Positions 1 through 8,834 of a DNA stretch of 64,000 nt are shown one piece after another. The position numbers and the translations under genes were made by a program. The stretch is from a virus. Location of the stretch: positions 1-64,000 of the IMG/VR virus record IMGVR_UViG_3300048033_001096; one strand, 5' to 3'. Positions within the stretch are counted from its first letter, which is position 1, and the number at the start of each line of letters is the position of its first letter. The notes beneath the pieces are model-generated. The model saw only the letters and a list, made by a program, of their open reading frames with translations. It was not told where the DNA came from and did not search any database.

Positions 1-2
1 TC

Positions 3-311
3 TACAATAATATTACTGGTGGTCTTACGACTCCTGCTGCTGATACATGGACTGTCAGATCTACTAGTATTGCAGAACCTAAAATACATATTGACGGTGG
101 CGAGAATGGTAGTATGCGGGTGGACGTTCCGTTAGTTGTAAATGGCAGAGATGTTATGCGAGAGATTGACGAAATGCGGGATGCTCTGTTATTATTAAAG
201 CGTGACGTAGATATGGAAGCAAAGTATCCTAAGTTGAAAGCAATAAAGGACGAATACGAACGTGCTCTTGACATGTATACAACATTCGAAACGATTAAGG
301 AATCAAAATGA
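3..311 (+). CDS. Hypothetical protein, 5'-partial (frame is open from the window start)
   Basis: Frame of ORF 114..311 has no stop back to position 3; its stop overlaps the next ATG (ATGA). Confidence 0.7.
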   Translation, partial: YNNITGGLTTPAADTWTVRSTSIAEPKIHIDGGENGSMRVDVPLVVNGRDVMREIDEMRDALLLLKRDVDMEAKYPKLKAIKDEYERALDMYTTFETIKESK

Positions 312-868
312 TTAAAAAACATTATTACTCATGGCAAGACGTAGAAAACGCTTGTGTTAACATTGCACTACAGATGTACAAAGATGCGTGGCGTCCTGAT
401 TATATTGTAGGCATTACACGCGGCGGCAATGTACCTGCTACTATTCTAAGCAATATGCTAGATATACGTTGCGAAGCACTAAAGGTTAGCTTGCGTGATG
501 ATGAAATGGGTCCAGAAACTAACTGCTGGATGAGCGAAGATGCATTTGGTTATGTTCCGCTAGAAGAACAAGAGACTTGTCGTTGGGATAATAAAAAACG
601 TAAAAATATTTTAATTGTAGATGACATCAACGATACGGGTGCTACCTTTAACTGGATCAAACAAGATTGGCAGAGCAGTTGTTTACCAAATGAAGACAAT
701 GCGTGGAATAGTGTTTGGAATGGCGACATAGCAAATGTAAGATTTGCAACTATTACAGAAAACTTGAGCAGCGAGTTTGGTGATGTGCGATATAGTGTAC
801 ACGAAGTTAACAAAGCAGAAGAAGATGTTTGGTTAGTTTATCCATGGGAGAATGTTAATGAACTTTGA
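308..868 (+). CDS. Type I phosphoribosyltransferase (xanthine/guanine PRTase-like)
   Basis: PRPP-binding motif ILIVDDINDTGAT, IVGITRGG and terminal WLVYPWE. Confidence 0.9.
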   Translation: MIKKHYYSWQDVENACVNIALQMYKDAWRPDYIVGITRGGNVPATILSNMLDIRCEALKVSLRDDEMGPETNCWMSEDAFGYVPLEEQETCRWDNKKRKNILIVDDINDTGATFNWIKQDWQSSCLPNEDNAWNSVWNGDIANVRFATITENLSSEFGDVRYSVHEVNKAEEDVWLVYPWENVNEL

Positions 869-1232
869 TAACTTAGAAGTAGCACAAGCAGAAGGTAGAG
901 CACCGTGGACTAACGTAGAACTCGATACTCGAGACTTTGTTGTTTACAACGATATATACCCTGTTACAGAAGGACATACCTTAGTCGTACCTAAAGAAAA
1001 TACATTAGACTGCTTGATGCGCTGTTTTAAGTTTGCTACAGAGATGGGTAATCAAAATCTACAAAGTTTAGCAAATAATATTACAGGATATAATGTAGGT
1101 ATTAACATGGGAGAAAGTGCAGGACAAACTTGTATGTATCCGCATGTACATTTAATTTTTCGCAGAGACGGAGACTGTGAAAGTCCAAGGGGCGGTATAA
1201 GGCACTGTGTCCCCGGCAAAGGTGACTACTAA
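858..1232 (+). CDS. HIT family nucleotide hydrolase
   Basis: DIYPVTEGHTLVVPK, GESAGQT and histidine triad YPHVHL; GGAG RBS 7 nt before ATG 858. Confidence 0.9.
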   Translation: MNFDNLEVAQAEGRAPWTNVELDTRDFVVYNDIYPVTEGHTLVVPKENTLDCLMRCFKFATEMGNQNLQSLANNITGYNVGINMGESAGQTCMYPHVHLIFRRDGDCESPRGGIRHCVPGKGDY

Positions 1233-2056
1233 TGAGTACATCTATCTTTATAGGTGATAGTCATAGTACCGGTTATTCGTATGTAAACGACAAAGTATTA
1301 CAATGGCAAGACAACAACTATGCTAATGCATATTCTATTGCATTTAATAAAGATGTTGCCGTATATGCGCTACCCGGAGCGTCTAATCAAAAGTATCCTA
1401 TATGGTTAAAGTCTATGATTGATAGATACAAGGATATTGATAATGTTTTTATACAAAGTACCTATTGGAATAGATGGATAATGGGTGCTAGTAAAGATTT
1501 AGAATATGGCGACGGCACTAAAAGTGATTTGTTTTTAGATGATAGATATGTATGTCCTAATAATCCCCGTATAAAATATTATACTGATTGGAAAGCTACT
1601 GACGATTTTATTGAACTTGTCGAACAATGTCGTGCAGAACTGTTTGAACAGTTTAAAGGATTAACATATGATCCAAATGATATAAGTCCGAATTGGGCTC
1701 CTTTTCATGAAAAATATCCATACACTAGACTATATCACGAAAGTCTAACACATTTACAATATCGAGAATACTTAGGAAATTTGTATATTATAAATTCATT
1801 ATGCAAAGAAAACAATATACAATGCCATTTGTGGAGAATGAATGATAGGGTGTATATGCCTAATGACTTTTATTTATTTGGCGAACTCGATCATATCAAT
1901 ATAGTAAAAGATAGTGCTAAAAAATGGGTAGAAGACACATATAATCTAAATATAGAAGATAATACATTAGACGGCGAACATTATCCAAAAGAAACACACG
2001 AAATTATTGGTTGCGAATATATACCTTATATAGAAGGATTAAAAAATGCAAATTAG
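1232..2056 (+). CDS. SGNH/GDSL-like hydrolase or acyltransferase fold protein
   Basis: N-terminal FIGDSH and C-terminal DGEH (DxxH); paralog of 6982..7791. Confidence 0.6.
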   Translation: MSTSIFIGDSHSTGYSYVNDKVLQWQDNNYANAYSIAFNKDVAVYALPGASNQKYPIWLKSMIDRYKDIDNVFIQSTYWNRWIMGASKDLEYGDGTKSDLFLDDRYVCPNNPRIKYYTDWKATDDFIELVEQCRAELFEQFKGLTYDPNDISPNWAPFHEKYPYTRLYHESLTHLQYREYLGNLYIINSLCKENNIQCHLWRMNDRVYMPNDFYLFGELDHINIVKDSAKKWVEDTYNLNIEDNTLDGEHYPKETHEIIGCEYIPYIEGLKNAN

Positions 2057-2615
2057 TCAACCGCATCCTCAAATTACAGTATACGATGATGTATTTAATT
2101 GGGACGAGCAAACAATATTATACGGAAAATGTTTACATGCTCCTTATTCAATTGGGTGGAACGATAGTGTATTTGAAAAAGAATCGCATCTTCACAGTAC
2201 TATTACTGCCGAGATGTGGGAACATGCTCCTACAAACGATAGTTTAAATGACTTTACAGAGATTCTTAGTAATTCAAAGCCATATAAACTATTCCAACAC
2301 AGAGAAATTGATCAAACTGTTATTAACTGTGATACTATTGCCGACTCGCATACGCATCATATACACAAACATCAAGATGTAATATTGTATTATGCAAATA
2401 AAGACTGGAAAGATGGCTGGAGTGGTGAAACTATGTTCTACGACGAATCAGGTAAAAATATAATTTGTTCGTTACCGTATACTCCAAATAGAATGGTTAT
2501 ATTTGATGGAGAATTAGTGCATCGTTTTAACGCACCAAGTCGATCTGCTCCTAAATTCCGTTTTAGTATCTCAACATTTTTCTGGAAAGAAAAAACAACA
2601 CTTGACAAAACCTAA
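2046..2615 (+). CDS. 2OG-Fe(II) oxygenase superfamily protein
   Basis: WSGETMFY, PNRMVIFDG-LVH and RFSIS motifs typical of phage prolyl-hydroxylase-like oxygenases. Confidence 0.75.
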   Translation: MQISQPHPQITVYDDVFNWDEQTILYGKCLHAPYSIGWNDSVFEKESHLHSTITAEMWEHAPTNDSLNDFTEILSNSKPYKLFQHREIDQTVINCDTIADSHTHHIHKHQDVILYYANKDWKDGWSGETMFYDESGKNIICSLPYTPNRMVIFDGELVHRFNAPSRSAPKFRFSISTFFWKEKTTLDKT

Positions 2616-2630
2616 ATAACAATGTATAAT
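2602..2630 (+). promoter_or_regulatory. Sigma70-type promoter upstream of folE
   Basis: Perfect TTGACA (2602-2607), 17 bp spacer, TATAAT (2625-2630). Confidence 0.85.
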
Positions 2631-2685
2631 ACACGTATGTATTATGATTCTATTGGCAATCCACTGCCTTAACATCGGAGATAAA

Positions 2686-3375
2686 ATGAAAATGAGTAAA
2701 GCATTACAAATTAAAAGCAAGCTAGAAGACGCAGGCTTGCGCTACTGGGCAGGAGATAATATCTCGCAAGTCCTACAGGAAGGCGATAAAGAACAACTTA
2801 TCGAAGGCGCAACAGAAGCATTTGAAAGTGTATTAGATGCACTTGTTATTGATCGACACAACGATCCTAACTCACAAGGTACAGCAAGACGTCTTGCTAA
2901 AATGTACTTTAATGAGATTATGGCAGGACGTTATGACCCTATGCCAAGCGCAACTGCATTTCCTAATGACAGCGATGATCGCTACGAAGGTATGCTAGTA
3001 GTACGCTCAGAACTAAAGAGCATGTGTAGTCATCATCACCAGCCAGTAAGCGGTGTAGCATACATTGGTATTATTGCCGCAGACAAGTTGATTGGACTTA
3101 GCAAGTACACACGTATTGCACAGTGGTGCGCTCGACGTGGTACACTACAAGAAGAACTTGCAAATGATATTGCACGTGAGATTGCAGGTGCAACTGGTGC
3201 AGAACACTTAGGTGTATACATTCAGGCAACGCATGGTTGTTGTGAGAACCGTGGCATTATGGCACACAGTAGTTTAACACAAACTACAGTACTACGTGGT
3301 GCATTTAAAGATGATGCAGGTACAAAGAAAGAGTTCTTTGACAACATCAAACTACAACAGGAGTTTAGCTGCTAA
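2686..3375 (+). CDS. folE: GTP cyclohydrolase I
   Basis: SMCSHHHQP, IGLSKYTR, LQEEL and HGCCENRG motifs; GGAG RBS before ATG 2686. Confidence 0.95.
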   Translation: MKMSKALQIKSKLEDAGLRYWAGDNISQVLQEGDKEQLIEGATEAFESVLDALVIDRHNDPNSQGTARRLAKMYFNEIMAGRYDPMPSATAFPNDSDDRYEGMLVVRSELKSMCSHHHQPVSGVAYIGIIAADKLIGLSKYTRIAQWCARRGTLQEELANDIAREIAGATGAEHLGVYIQATHGCCENRGIMAHSSLTQTTVLRGAFKDDAGTKKEFFDNIKLQQEFSC

Positions 3376-4331
3376 TGGAAGCACCAGTATTTGAAAAAGG
3401 TTATCCGTCATATGAAGCAGTTAACAGAAAGCCAGCAATGAAACTAAGATATAGTGAAGCATTTTATAGTGTACAAGGTGAAGGCAAGTTTGTAGGTGTG
3501 CCTAGTGTGTTCCTACGTACATTTGGCTGTAACTTCCGTTGTATGAACTTTGGTGTTGATACTAAAAAGAATCGCACAGAACTTCATGCAGAAGGACAAA
3601 GATACAATGCGGAAGTAAAGGCATTGATTGATGCAAAGGTACACGAAACAACTGAGAAGTTTGAAGACTTGCCTATCATTCATACAGGTTGCGACACTTA
3701 TGCAAGTATCTATCCTGAGTTTAAACACTTTAACCGTCAAGCAGAAGTTGAAGAAGTAGTTGAACATCTGTTGTCGCTTACTCCTGAAGGTAAGTGGACA
3801 ATGGACAATGGACAAGATGTGCATCTTATCCTTACAGGCGGCGAGCCGTTGTTAGCGTGGCAACGACTTTATGTAGAGCTATTCGAACATCCACGCATGA
3901 GAGACCTAAAAAATGTCACATTTGAAACAAACACTACACAATCTTTACATGAAGATTTCTACGAATATCTCAACACACAAGACAGATTTACAGTCACTTG
4001 GAGTTGTTCCCCAAAACTTAGTGTTAGCGGAGAACCTTGGGAAACTGCTATTAAGCCTGATGTGGCTAGTCAGTATAACAGTGTTGACGGCAGTGACATT
4101 TATCTCAAGTTTGTTGTCGCTACTCAAGATGACTTTGACGAAGTTGGCAGAGCTGTGGACGCTTACAAAAGTGCCGGGCTACAATGTCCAGTATATCTTA
4201 TGCCGTTGGGCGGACGCAGTGAAGAATATTCCCTCAATGTTAAAGACGTGGCGGAAGCCTGCATGGAACGAGGATGGCGATTCACTCCAAGACTCCACAT
4301 CAGCTTATTCGGAAATGCCTGGGGCACTTAA
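3375..4331 (+). CDS. queE: 7-carboxy-7-deazaguanine synthase (radical SAM)
   Basis: EAFYSVQGEG..G.PSVFLRTFGCNFRC...GCDT, TGGEPLL, FETN, CSPKL, PRLH; adjacent to folE. Confidence 0.9.
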   Translation: MEAPVFEKGYPSYEAVNRKPAMKLRYSEAFYSVQGEGKFVGVPSVFLRTFGCNFRCMNFGVDTKKNRTELHAEGQRYNAEVKALIDAKVHETTEKFEDLPIIHTGCDTYASIYPEFKHFNRQAEVEEVVEHLLSLTPEGKWTMDNGQDVHLILTGGEPLLAWQRLYVELFEHPRMRDLKNVTFETNTTQSLHEDFYEYLNTQDRFTVTWSCSPKLSVSGEPWETAIKPDVASQYNSVDGSDIYLKFVVATQDDFDEVGRAVDAYKSAGLQCPVYLMPLGGRSEEYSLNVKDVAEACMERGWRFTPRLHISLFGNAWGT

Positions 4332-4404
4332 AGAAAACTTAAAAGAAATACCAAGAGGTATTAAGTCAGAGGAAGAATTTGAACGTATTAGGAGGAATAT
4401 GTAA
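4315..4404 (+). CDS. Putative 29-aa small protein (MPGALKENLKEIPRGIKSEEEFERIRRNM)
   Basis: Exactly fills the gap between queE and the next gene; TAATG coupling to ATG 4404. Confidence 0.4.
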   Translation: MPGALKENLKEIPRGIKSEEEFERIRRNM

Positions 4405-4790
4405 TGGGTTGGTGGAACAAACTAGTAAAAGATAAAAAGAAAGAGCAGGCTACAGAAGAAGTAAAGACTGCTGAAGATCTTCGTAGAGAAGCACTAAACA
4501 ACGAAAAAGAAGCAGCTACTAAAGCAGGAGAAGCCTGGGTTGCTGTACTTGACACGCAAGTAAATCCTGATAACATTAAGAACGGATTCTTTGAGCTCGA
4601 TTGGAATAACGAGTTTATCGAACAACTGCTCGATGCAGGTTACTCAGGTGAAAGTAACGAACAAATTGTAGATGCTTGGTTTAGAACTATTGTAAGTCAG
4701 ATGCTTGAAGAAGAAGGTCAGAGTGCTGATAGAGAAATGGGTTATGTAAATGTAACTCCAATCGACAAAGGAAGATCAGAAGTATCATGA
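4404..4790 (+). CDS. Hypothetical protein
   Basis: 128-aa ORF, strong AGGAGG RBS, coupled stop/start. Confidence 0.8.
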   Translation: MGWWNKLVKDKKKEQATEEVKTAEDLRREALNNEKEAATKAGEAWVAVLDTQVNPDNIKNGFFELDWNNEFIEQLLDAGYSGESNEQIVDAWFRTIVSQMLEEEGQSADREMGYVNVTPIDKGRSEVS

Positions 4791-5473
4791 TAGTACACAG
4801 ACTTAAAAGTTTACACCCAGTAACAAGTATTAGTCCAAAGTGGGATATTCCTATATTTCAAACACAATGGAATGATGTAGAAAAAATTGATAAAATACGA
4901 AACTTTTTAATTGAAATTGAACCTCGAATTTTAGATATTAAAACTCATCACGATGCTGACACAGGACTAGGCAAAGATAGTGTTACAAGTAGATTTAGTT
5001 TATACAATCTATTTGATTTTACTAACGAGTGTCCTGAACTAGACGAACTTCTAACATTTTTAAGAGAAAGTTATTTAAACTTTTGTTATTTAGAACAACT
5101 AGAAATACAAGACTTAGAAATGACATTGTGGTATAATATTGTCCGACAAGGGCATGGAATCGACGAACATAAACACGGTGCAGGTAATAATGTATATCTT
5201 AGTGGAAACATGCACTTAGATAACTATCCGCATACTACTACATATTATCGAGCACCAATTGACGAAAATCATATTTTTCCTGCAGAAAATACAAAAGGTG
5301 GTTTAACATTATTTCCAAGTTATGTTCCGCACGGTGTTAATAAGAACGAAAAAGAAGAGTTACGGTTAAGTATTGCATTTGATTTAAGACTAGCAGGTGC
5401 CGAATCTTGGAAAAATAATCCAAATCTTCAAACATTTATGAATGAAGAAATACTTGCATCTTTTAATGGTTGA
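4787..5473 (+). CDS. Putative 2OG-Fe(II) oxygenase (TIGR02466-like)
   Basis: HKH, LSG, LFPSYVPHGV and RLSIAFD motifs. Confidence 0.75.
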   Translation: MIVHRLKSLHPVTSISPKWDIPIFQTQWNDVEKIDKIRNFLIEIEPRILDIKTHHDADTGLGKDSVTSRFSLYNLFDFTNECPELDELLTFLRESYLNFCYLEQLEIQDLEMTLWYNIVRQGHGIDEHKHGAGNNVYLSGNMHLDNYPHTTTYYRAPIDENHIFPAENTKGGLTLFPSYVPHGVNKNEKEELRLSIAFDLRLAGAESWKNNPNLQTFMNEEILASFNG

Positions 5474-5498
5474 CAATACCTTTAATATAGTATATACT
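5470..5498 (+). promoter_or_regulatory. Sigma70-type promoter upstream of the exonuclease gene
   Basis: TTGACA (5470-5475), 17 bp spacer, TATACT (5493-5498). Confidence 0.75.
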
Positions 5499-5532
5499 TA
5501 TACAGTAATTAGAAATATCACAAGGCAATAAT

Positions 5533-6516
5533 ATGGCAACTTATATTCTAGTAGATACAGCAAACACTTTCTTTAGAGCACGACACGTTGTACGTGGTGA
5601 TGTAGATACTAAATTAGGTATGGCACTACACATCACACTTAACAGTGTTAAGAAAGCATGGAATGACTTTGATGCAGATCATGTTGTGTTCTGTTTAGAA
5701 GGACGTAGTTGGCGTAAAGACTATTACGAGCCTTACAAGCGTAATAGACAAGAAACTCGCGATGCAATGACTCCTACACAGCAAGAGGAAGACACACTGT
5801 TTTGGGAAATCTTTGACGAGTTTAAAGACTTTGTTAATACTAAGACTAATTGTACTGTTATGCGTGATCCACAACTAGAAGCAGATGATCTTATTGCTGG
5901 TTGGGTACAGGCACACCCTAACGACAATCATGTTATTATCAGCACTGACGGTGACTTTGCACAACTTATTGCTCCTAATGTACGTCAGTACAATGGTGTT
6001 AGTAACACTACTATTACACATGAAGGCTACTTTACAGACAAAGGTGATCCTGTTATTGACAAGAAAACTAAAGAAGCAAAGCCTGCGCCCGATCCTGCAT
6101 ACATGTTGTTTGAGAAGTGTATGCGTGGCGACACTAGCGACAACGTGTTTAGTGCATATCCAGGTGTACGCAAGAAAGGCACTAAGAACAAAGTAGGACT
6201 AATTGAAGCGTTTGAAGATAAACAGACAAAAGGTTATAATTGGAATAATCTTATGCTACAGCGTTGGACTGATCATAACGGTGATGAGCACAGGGTCTTG
6301 GACGACTATAATCGGAATGTAGTGTTGTGTGACTTAACAGCACAACCTGAAGACATTAGAGAGATAATTAATAACACTATTGCAGAAGTTGAACCTAAAG
6401 AGATTACGCAAGTTGGTATGCGTCTCATGAAGTTCTGTGCTAAATGGGATATGCAACGCATTGCAGACCAGGCAGCATCTTATGCAGAACCATTACAAGC
6501 GAGGTATCCTAAATGA
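5533..6516 (+). CDS. rnh: T4 RNase H-like 5'-3' exonuclease (FEN superfamily)
   Basis: LVDTAN, SWRK..YEPYK.NR, EADDLIA, ISTDGDF.QL and GDTSDN motifs. Confidence 0.9.
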   Translation: MATYILVDTANTFFRARHVVRGDVDTKLGMALHITLNSVKKAWNDFDADHVVFCLEGRSWRKDYYEPYKRNRQETRDAMTPTQQEEDTLFWEIFDEFKDFVNTKTNCTVMRDPQLEADDLIAGWVQAHPNDNHVIISTDGDFAQLIAPNVRQYNGVSNTTITHEGYFTDKGDPVIDKKTKEAKPAPDPAYMLFEKCMRGDTSDNVFSAYPGVRKKGTKNKVGLIEAFEDKQTKGYNWNNLMLQRWTDHNGDEHRVLDDYNRNVVLCDLTAQPEDIREIINNTIAEVEPKEITQVGMRLMKFCAKWDMQRIADQAASYAEPLQARYPK

Positions 6517-6992
6517 CAGTAAACGCTAAAGAAGTTTTAAAAGATAAATTTTGGATTGTAGAATCCGAAGGCGAAAGAGTAGGCACTCTTTCAGTTAATG
6601 AAGATAAGCAATATATGCTTACAAACGGTGAAGGAACACGGTTTTTTAGTAACATTAAACAATTAAAAAGCTCACTTAATACAGAAATTTCTTGGACTAG
6701 TAACGAATCCAACATTATTAATGACGATGTTGACAGAGAAGTATACGGATTTCCTACAAGTTGTACTCCTTATAACCCTATGTATAATGTAATATCTAAA
6801 CTTCCGCTTTTTACTAAAAGTGAAAAATCTAAGAGTCTGTATTGTGCTGGATATTTTATTATCCGCTTTGACAAAGGATGGGTTAAGAGCTTTTGTCCTA
6901 AACTTATTACAGTCGAACGTTATGAAACACACGGCCCTTTTAAAACAGAATTAGAAATGAGGTCTGCATTAAGTAACGCAAATGCAAGGTAA
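6513..6992 (+). CDS. Hypothetical phage protein
   Basis: 159-aa ORF coupled (ATGA) to the exonuclease gene. Confidence 0.8.
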   Translation: MTVNAKEVLKDKFWIVESEGERVGTLSVNEDKQYMLTNGEGTRFFSNIKQLKSSLNTEISWTSNESNIINDDVDREVYGFPTSCTPYNPMYNVISKLPLFTKSEKSKSLYCAGYFIIRFDKGWVKSFCPKLITVERYETHGPFKTELEMRSALSNANAR

Positions 6993-7791
6993 TTTACTTT
7001 TCATAGGATGCAGTCATACAAATGGTTATTGGTTTAATGATAAAACTAATGATAAAAATATTTGGAGTGACAGTAATTACGCACAAATTTATGCTGAAAA
7101 GTTAGCAGACGCAAAGTGTTTTATCTATTCCTCAGCCGGTGCTCCTAACAATAAATATCCCCGCTGGGTTAAAAGTGTTGTAGACAAACATCTCGAAGTT
7201 AAAGGTATTGTAGTACAATCTACTTATTGGGATCGTTGGCTTATGGCGAATAATACTTCTCTAAAATTTATACAAACTGATCCCGATTATTTCACTAGAG
7301 TATATAAAGAAACCGAAAAGTATATTTTATATGACGACTTTAATACTGTAGACTTTGAAACTATTGAATGGAACGAAAAGGCAAAATGGGATAGCATCGG
7401 AATGTATAACGAAGGTTATCCCGACAGCAATGGTGGATATAATTGGCCAGGGTTTGATACTAATTATATGCATATGAAGTTTCATACTGAGATAGCTACG
7501 CATCTTAAACACGAAGAATACTGTAAAGATATTGCATTAATAGATACAATATCATCTGTTCCTGTATACATTTGGCGTATTAATGAAAAAGTGCAATTTC
7601 CTAAGAAATTTAATGTATATAAAGAGCTAACTAATACTAAAGTGTTCGAACAACCTGCAAATATTTGGCTTAAAGAAAACTTAAACGTAGATATTGACGA
7701 AATGAAATTAGACGACGAGCATTATAATGTCGAAGCACATACATTAATTGCTCGCCACTTTATACCGGAGTTATTAAATGGAACCTATTAA
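6982..7791 (+). CDS. SGNH-like protein, paralog of 1232..2056
   Basis: FIGCSH, GAPNNKYPRWVKS, QSTYWDRW and DDEHY shared with 1232..2056. Confidence 0.6.
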   Translation: MQGNLLFIGCSHTNGYWFNDKTNDKNIWSDSNYAQIYAEKLADAKCFIYSSAGAPNNKYPRWVKSVVDKHLEVKGIVVQSTYWDRWLMANNTSLKFIQTDPDYFTRVYKETEKYILYDDFNTVDFETIEWNEKAKWDSIGMYNEGYPDSNGGYNWPGFDTNYMHMKFHTEIATHLKHEEYCKDIALIDTISSVPVYIWRINEKVQFPKKFNVYKELTNTKVFEQPANIWLKENLNVDIDEMKLDDEHYNVEAHTLIARHFIPELLNGTY

Positions 7792-8014
7792 TACACAACC
7801 TATTCAGCAATTTATTGCTACAGTTAAATCAGCTGATGCTAGAAATGCAAGGGAAATAAAACTCGATATGCAAACTTCAAAGCGACTTGCATTTTTATTA
7901 GGCGAAGTTATGGCACGACTCAATGGAGATTTAGAAAAACTTCTTGTGAAACAAAAAGAACAAGAAGATACCATTACAGTGCAATTAGGAAGTTCGGAGA
8001 GTAATTGGAACTAG
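7778..8014 (+). CDS. Hypothetical protein
   Basis: 78-aa ORF with GGAG RBS, overlaps upstream stop. Confidence 0.75.
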   Translation: MEPINTQPIQQFIATVKSADARNAREIKLDMQTSKRLAFLLGEVMARLNGDLEKLLVKQKEQEDTITVQLGSSESNWN

Positions 8015-8047
8015 CTAATAGAAAACTACGTAGATAACTACAAAAGA

Positions 8048-8055
8048 GATAAATA
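8048..8055 (+). promoter_or_regulatory. Putative T4-like late promoter variant (GATAAATA)
   Basis: Intergenic, about 30 nt before ATG 8084. Confidence 0.45.
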
Positions 8056-8083
8056 TATACGTATATAATTAAGGATACGTATA

Positions 8084-8371
8084 ATGAGTAGACCGAAGCC
8101 AACAGTTCTTCTTGAAAATATAGATAAAAAAACATATAAAAGCGAGCAAATACTTCAGTCTGAAGCAATTTGGGCAGTTTTTTATCAAAACCAGCCATTC
8201 AATCTAAAAAGCTCAAATGTATTAACAAACTATCCTGGACCTAAATATAAGAAGACTAGTTTTTCTAATCCCGGACATGCACACAATCTTGCAAAAAAAC
8301 TAAACGATACATTTAACTGTGACGAATTTATAGTTGTAAAAATGACTACTGGTGATATTGTAACCGAATGA
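8084..8371 (+). CDS. Hypothetical phage protein
   Basis: 95-aa ORF with AAGGA RBS. Confidence 0.8.
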   Translation: MSRPKPTVLLENIDKKTYKSEQILQSEAIWAVFYQNQPFNLKSSNVLTNYPGPKYKKTSFSNPGHAHNLAKKLNDTFNCDEFIVVKMTTGDIVTE

Positions 8372-8751
8372 ACTGGAAAGAAACATATACTAAAGTATTT
8401 TTAAAACAAATTAATAAAAGTACTGATAGTGCTACTGTAAAACAATATCTTCCCTTATGGTGGAAAAATACTAGAAATAAAATTAATGGTGGGCTAAGGT
8501 TAACCGAACAAGGATTCGAACTACTAAAAGAAATTGATGTCGAAACATACGACATTCCTTACCCTAAAGATATGCCTCTTACTCCACAAGTTGTGATATA
8601 CTTAGATCAATTTATCACATGTCCGTATTTCTTAACAAATAGAAGTATTATAGTTACTGATCAAAAAAAAGCTGTAGAACTAACATTGTTTAGTGGTGAT
8701 GTACGTAAATATGGATTAACCAAAGCTATGAAACGGGAAAATAAATCCTAA
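8368..8751 (+). CDS. Hypothetical phage protein
   Basis: 127-aa ORF with ATGA coupling. Confidence 0.8.
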   Translation: MNWKETYTKVFLKQINKSTDSATVKQYLPLWWKNTRNKINGGLRLTEQGFELLKEIDVETYDIPYPKDMPLTPQVVIYLDQFITCPYFLTNRSIIVTDQKKAVELTLFSGDVRKYGLTKAMKRENKS

Positions 8752-8768
8752 TTTAAGCTATAAAAAGG

Positions 8769-8797
8769 TTGACATACGATGTTTTATAGCGTATTAT
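8769..8797 (+). promoter_or_regulatory. Sigma70-type promoter upstream of the AAA ATPase
   Basis: TTGACA (8769-8774), 17 bp spacer, TATTAT (8792-8797). Confidence 0.75.
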
Positions 8798-8834
8798 ATA
8801 TACATACTTAGTTAAAAACACAAGAGGGAATACT

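Noticed and set aside
3913-4314. 163-aa alternate-frame ORF overlapping queE
   Set aside because: Lies within a well-supported gene and has a Leu-rich shadow composition; only its last 29 codons are kept as a possible small ORF
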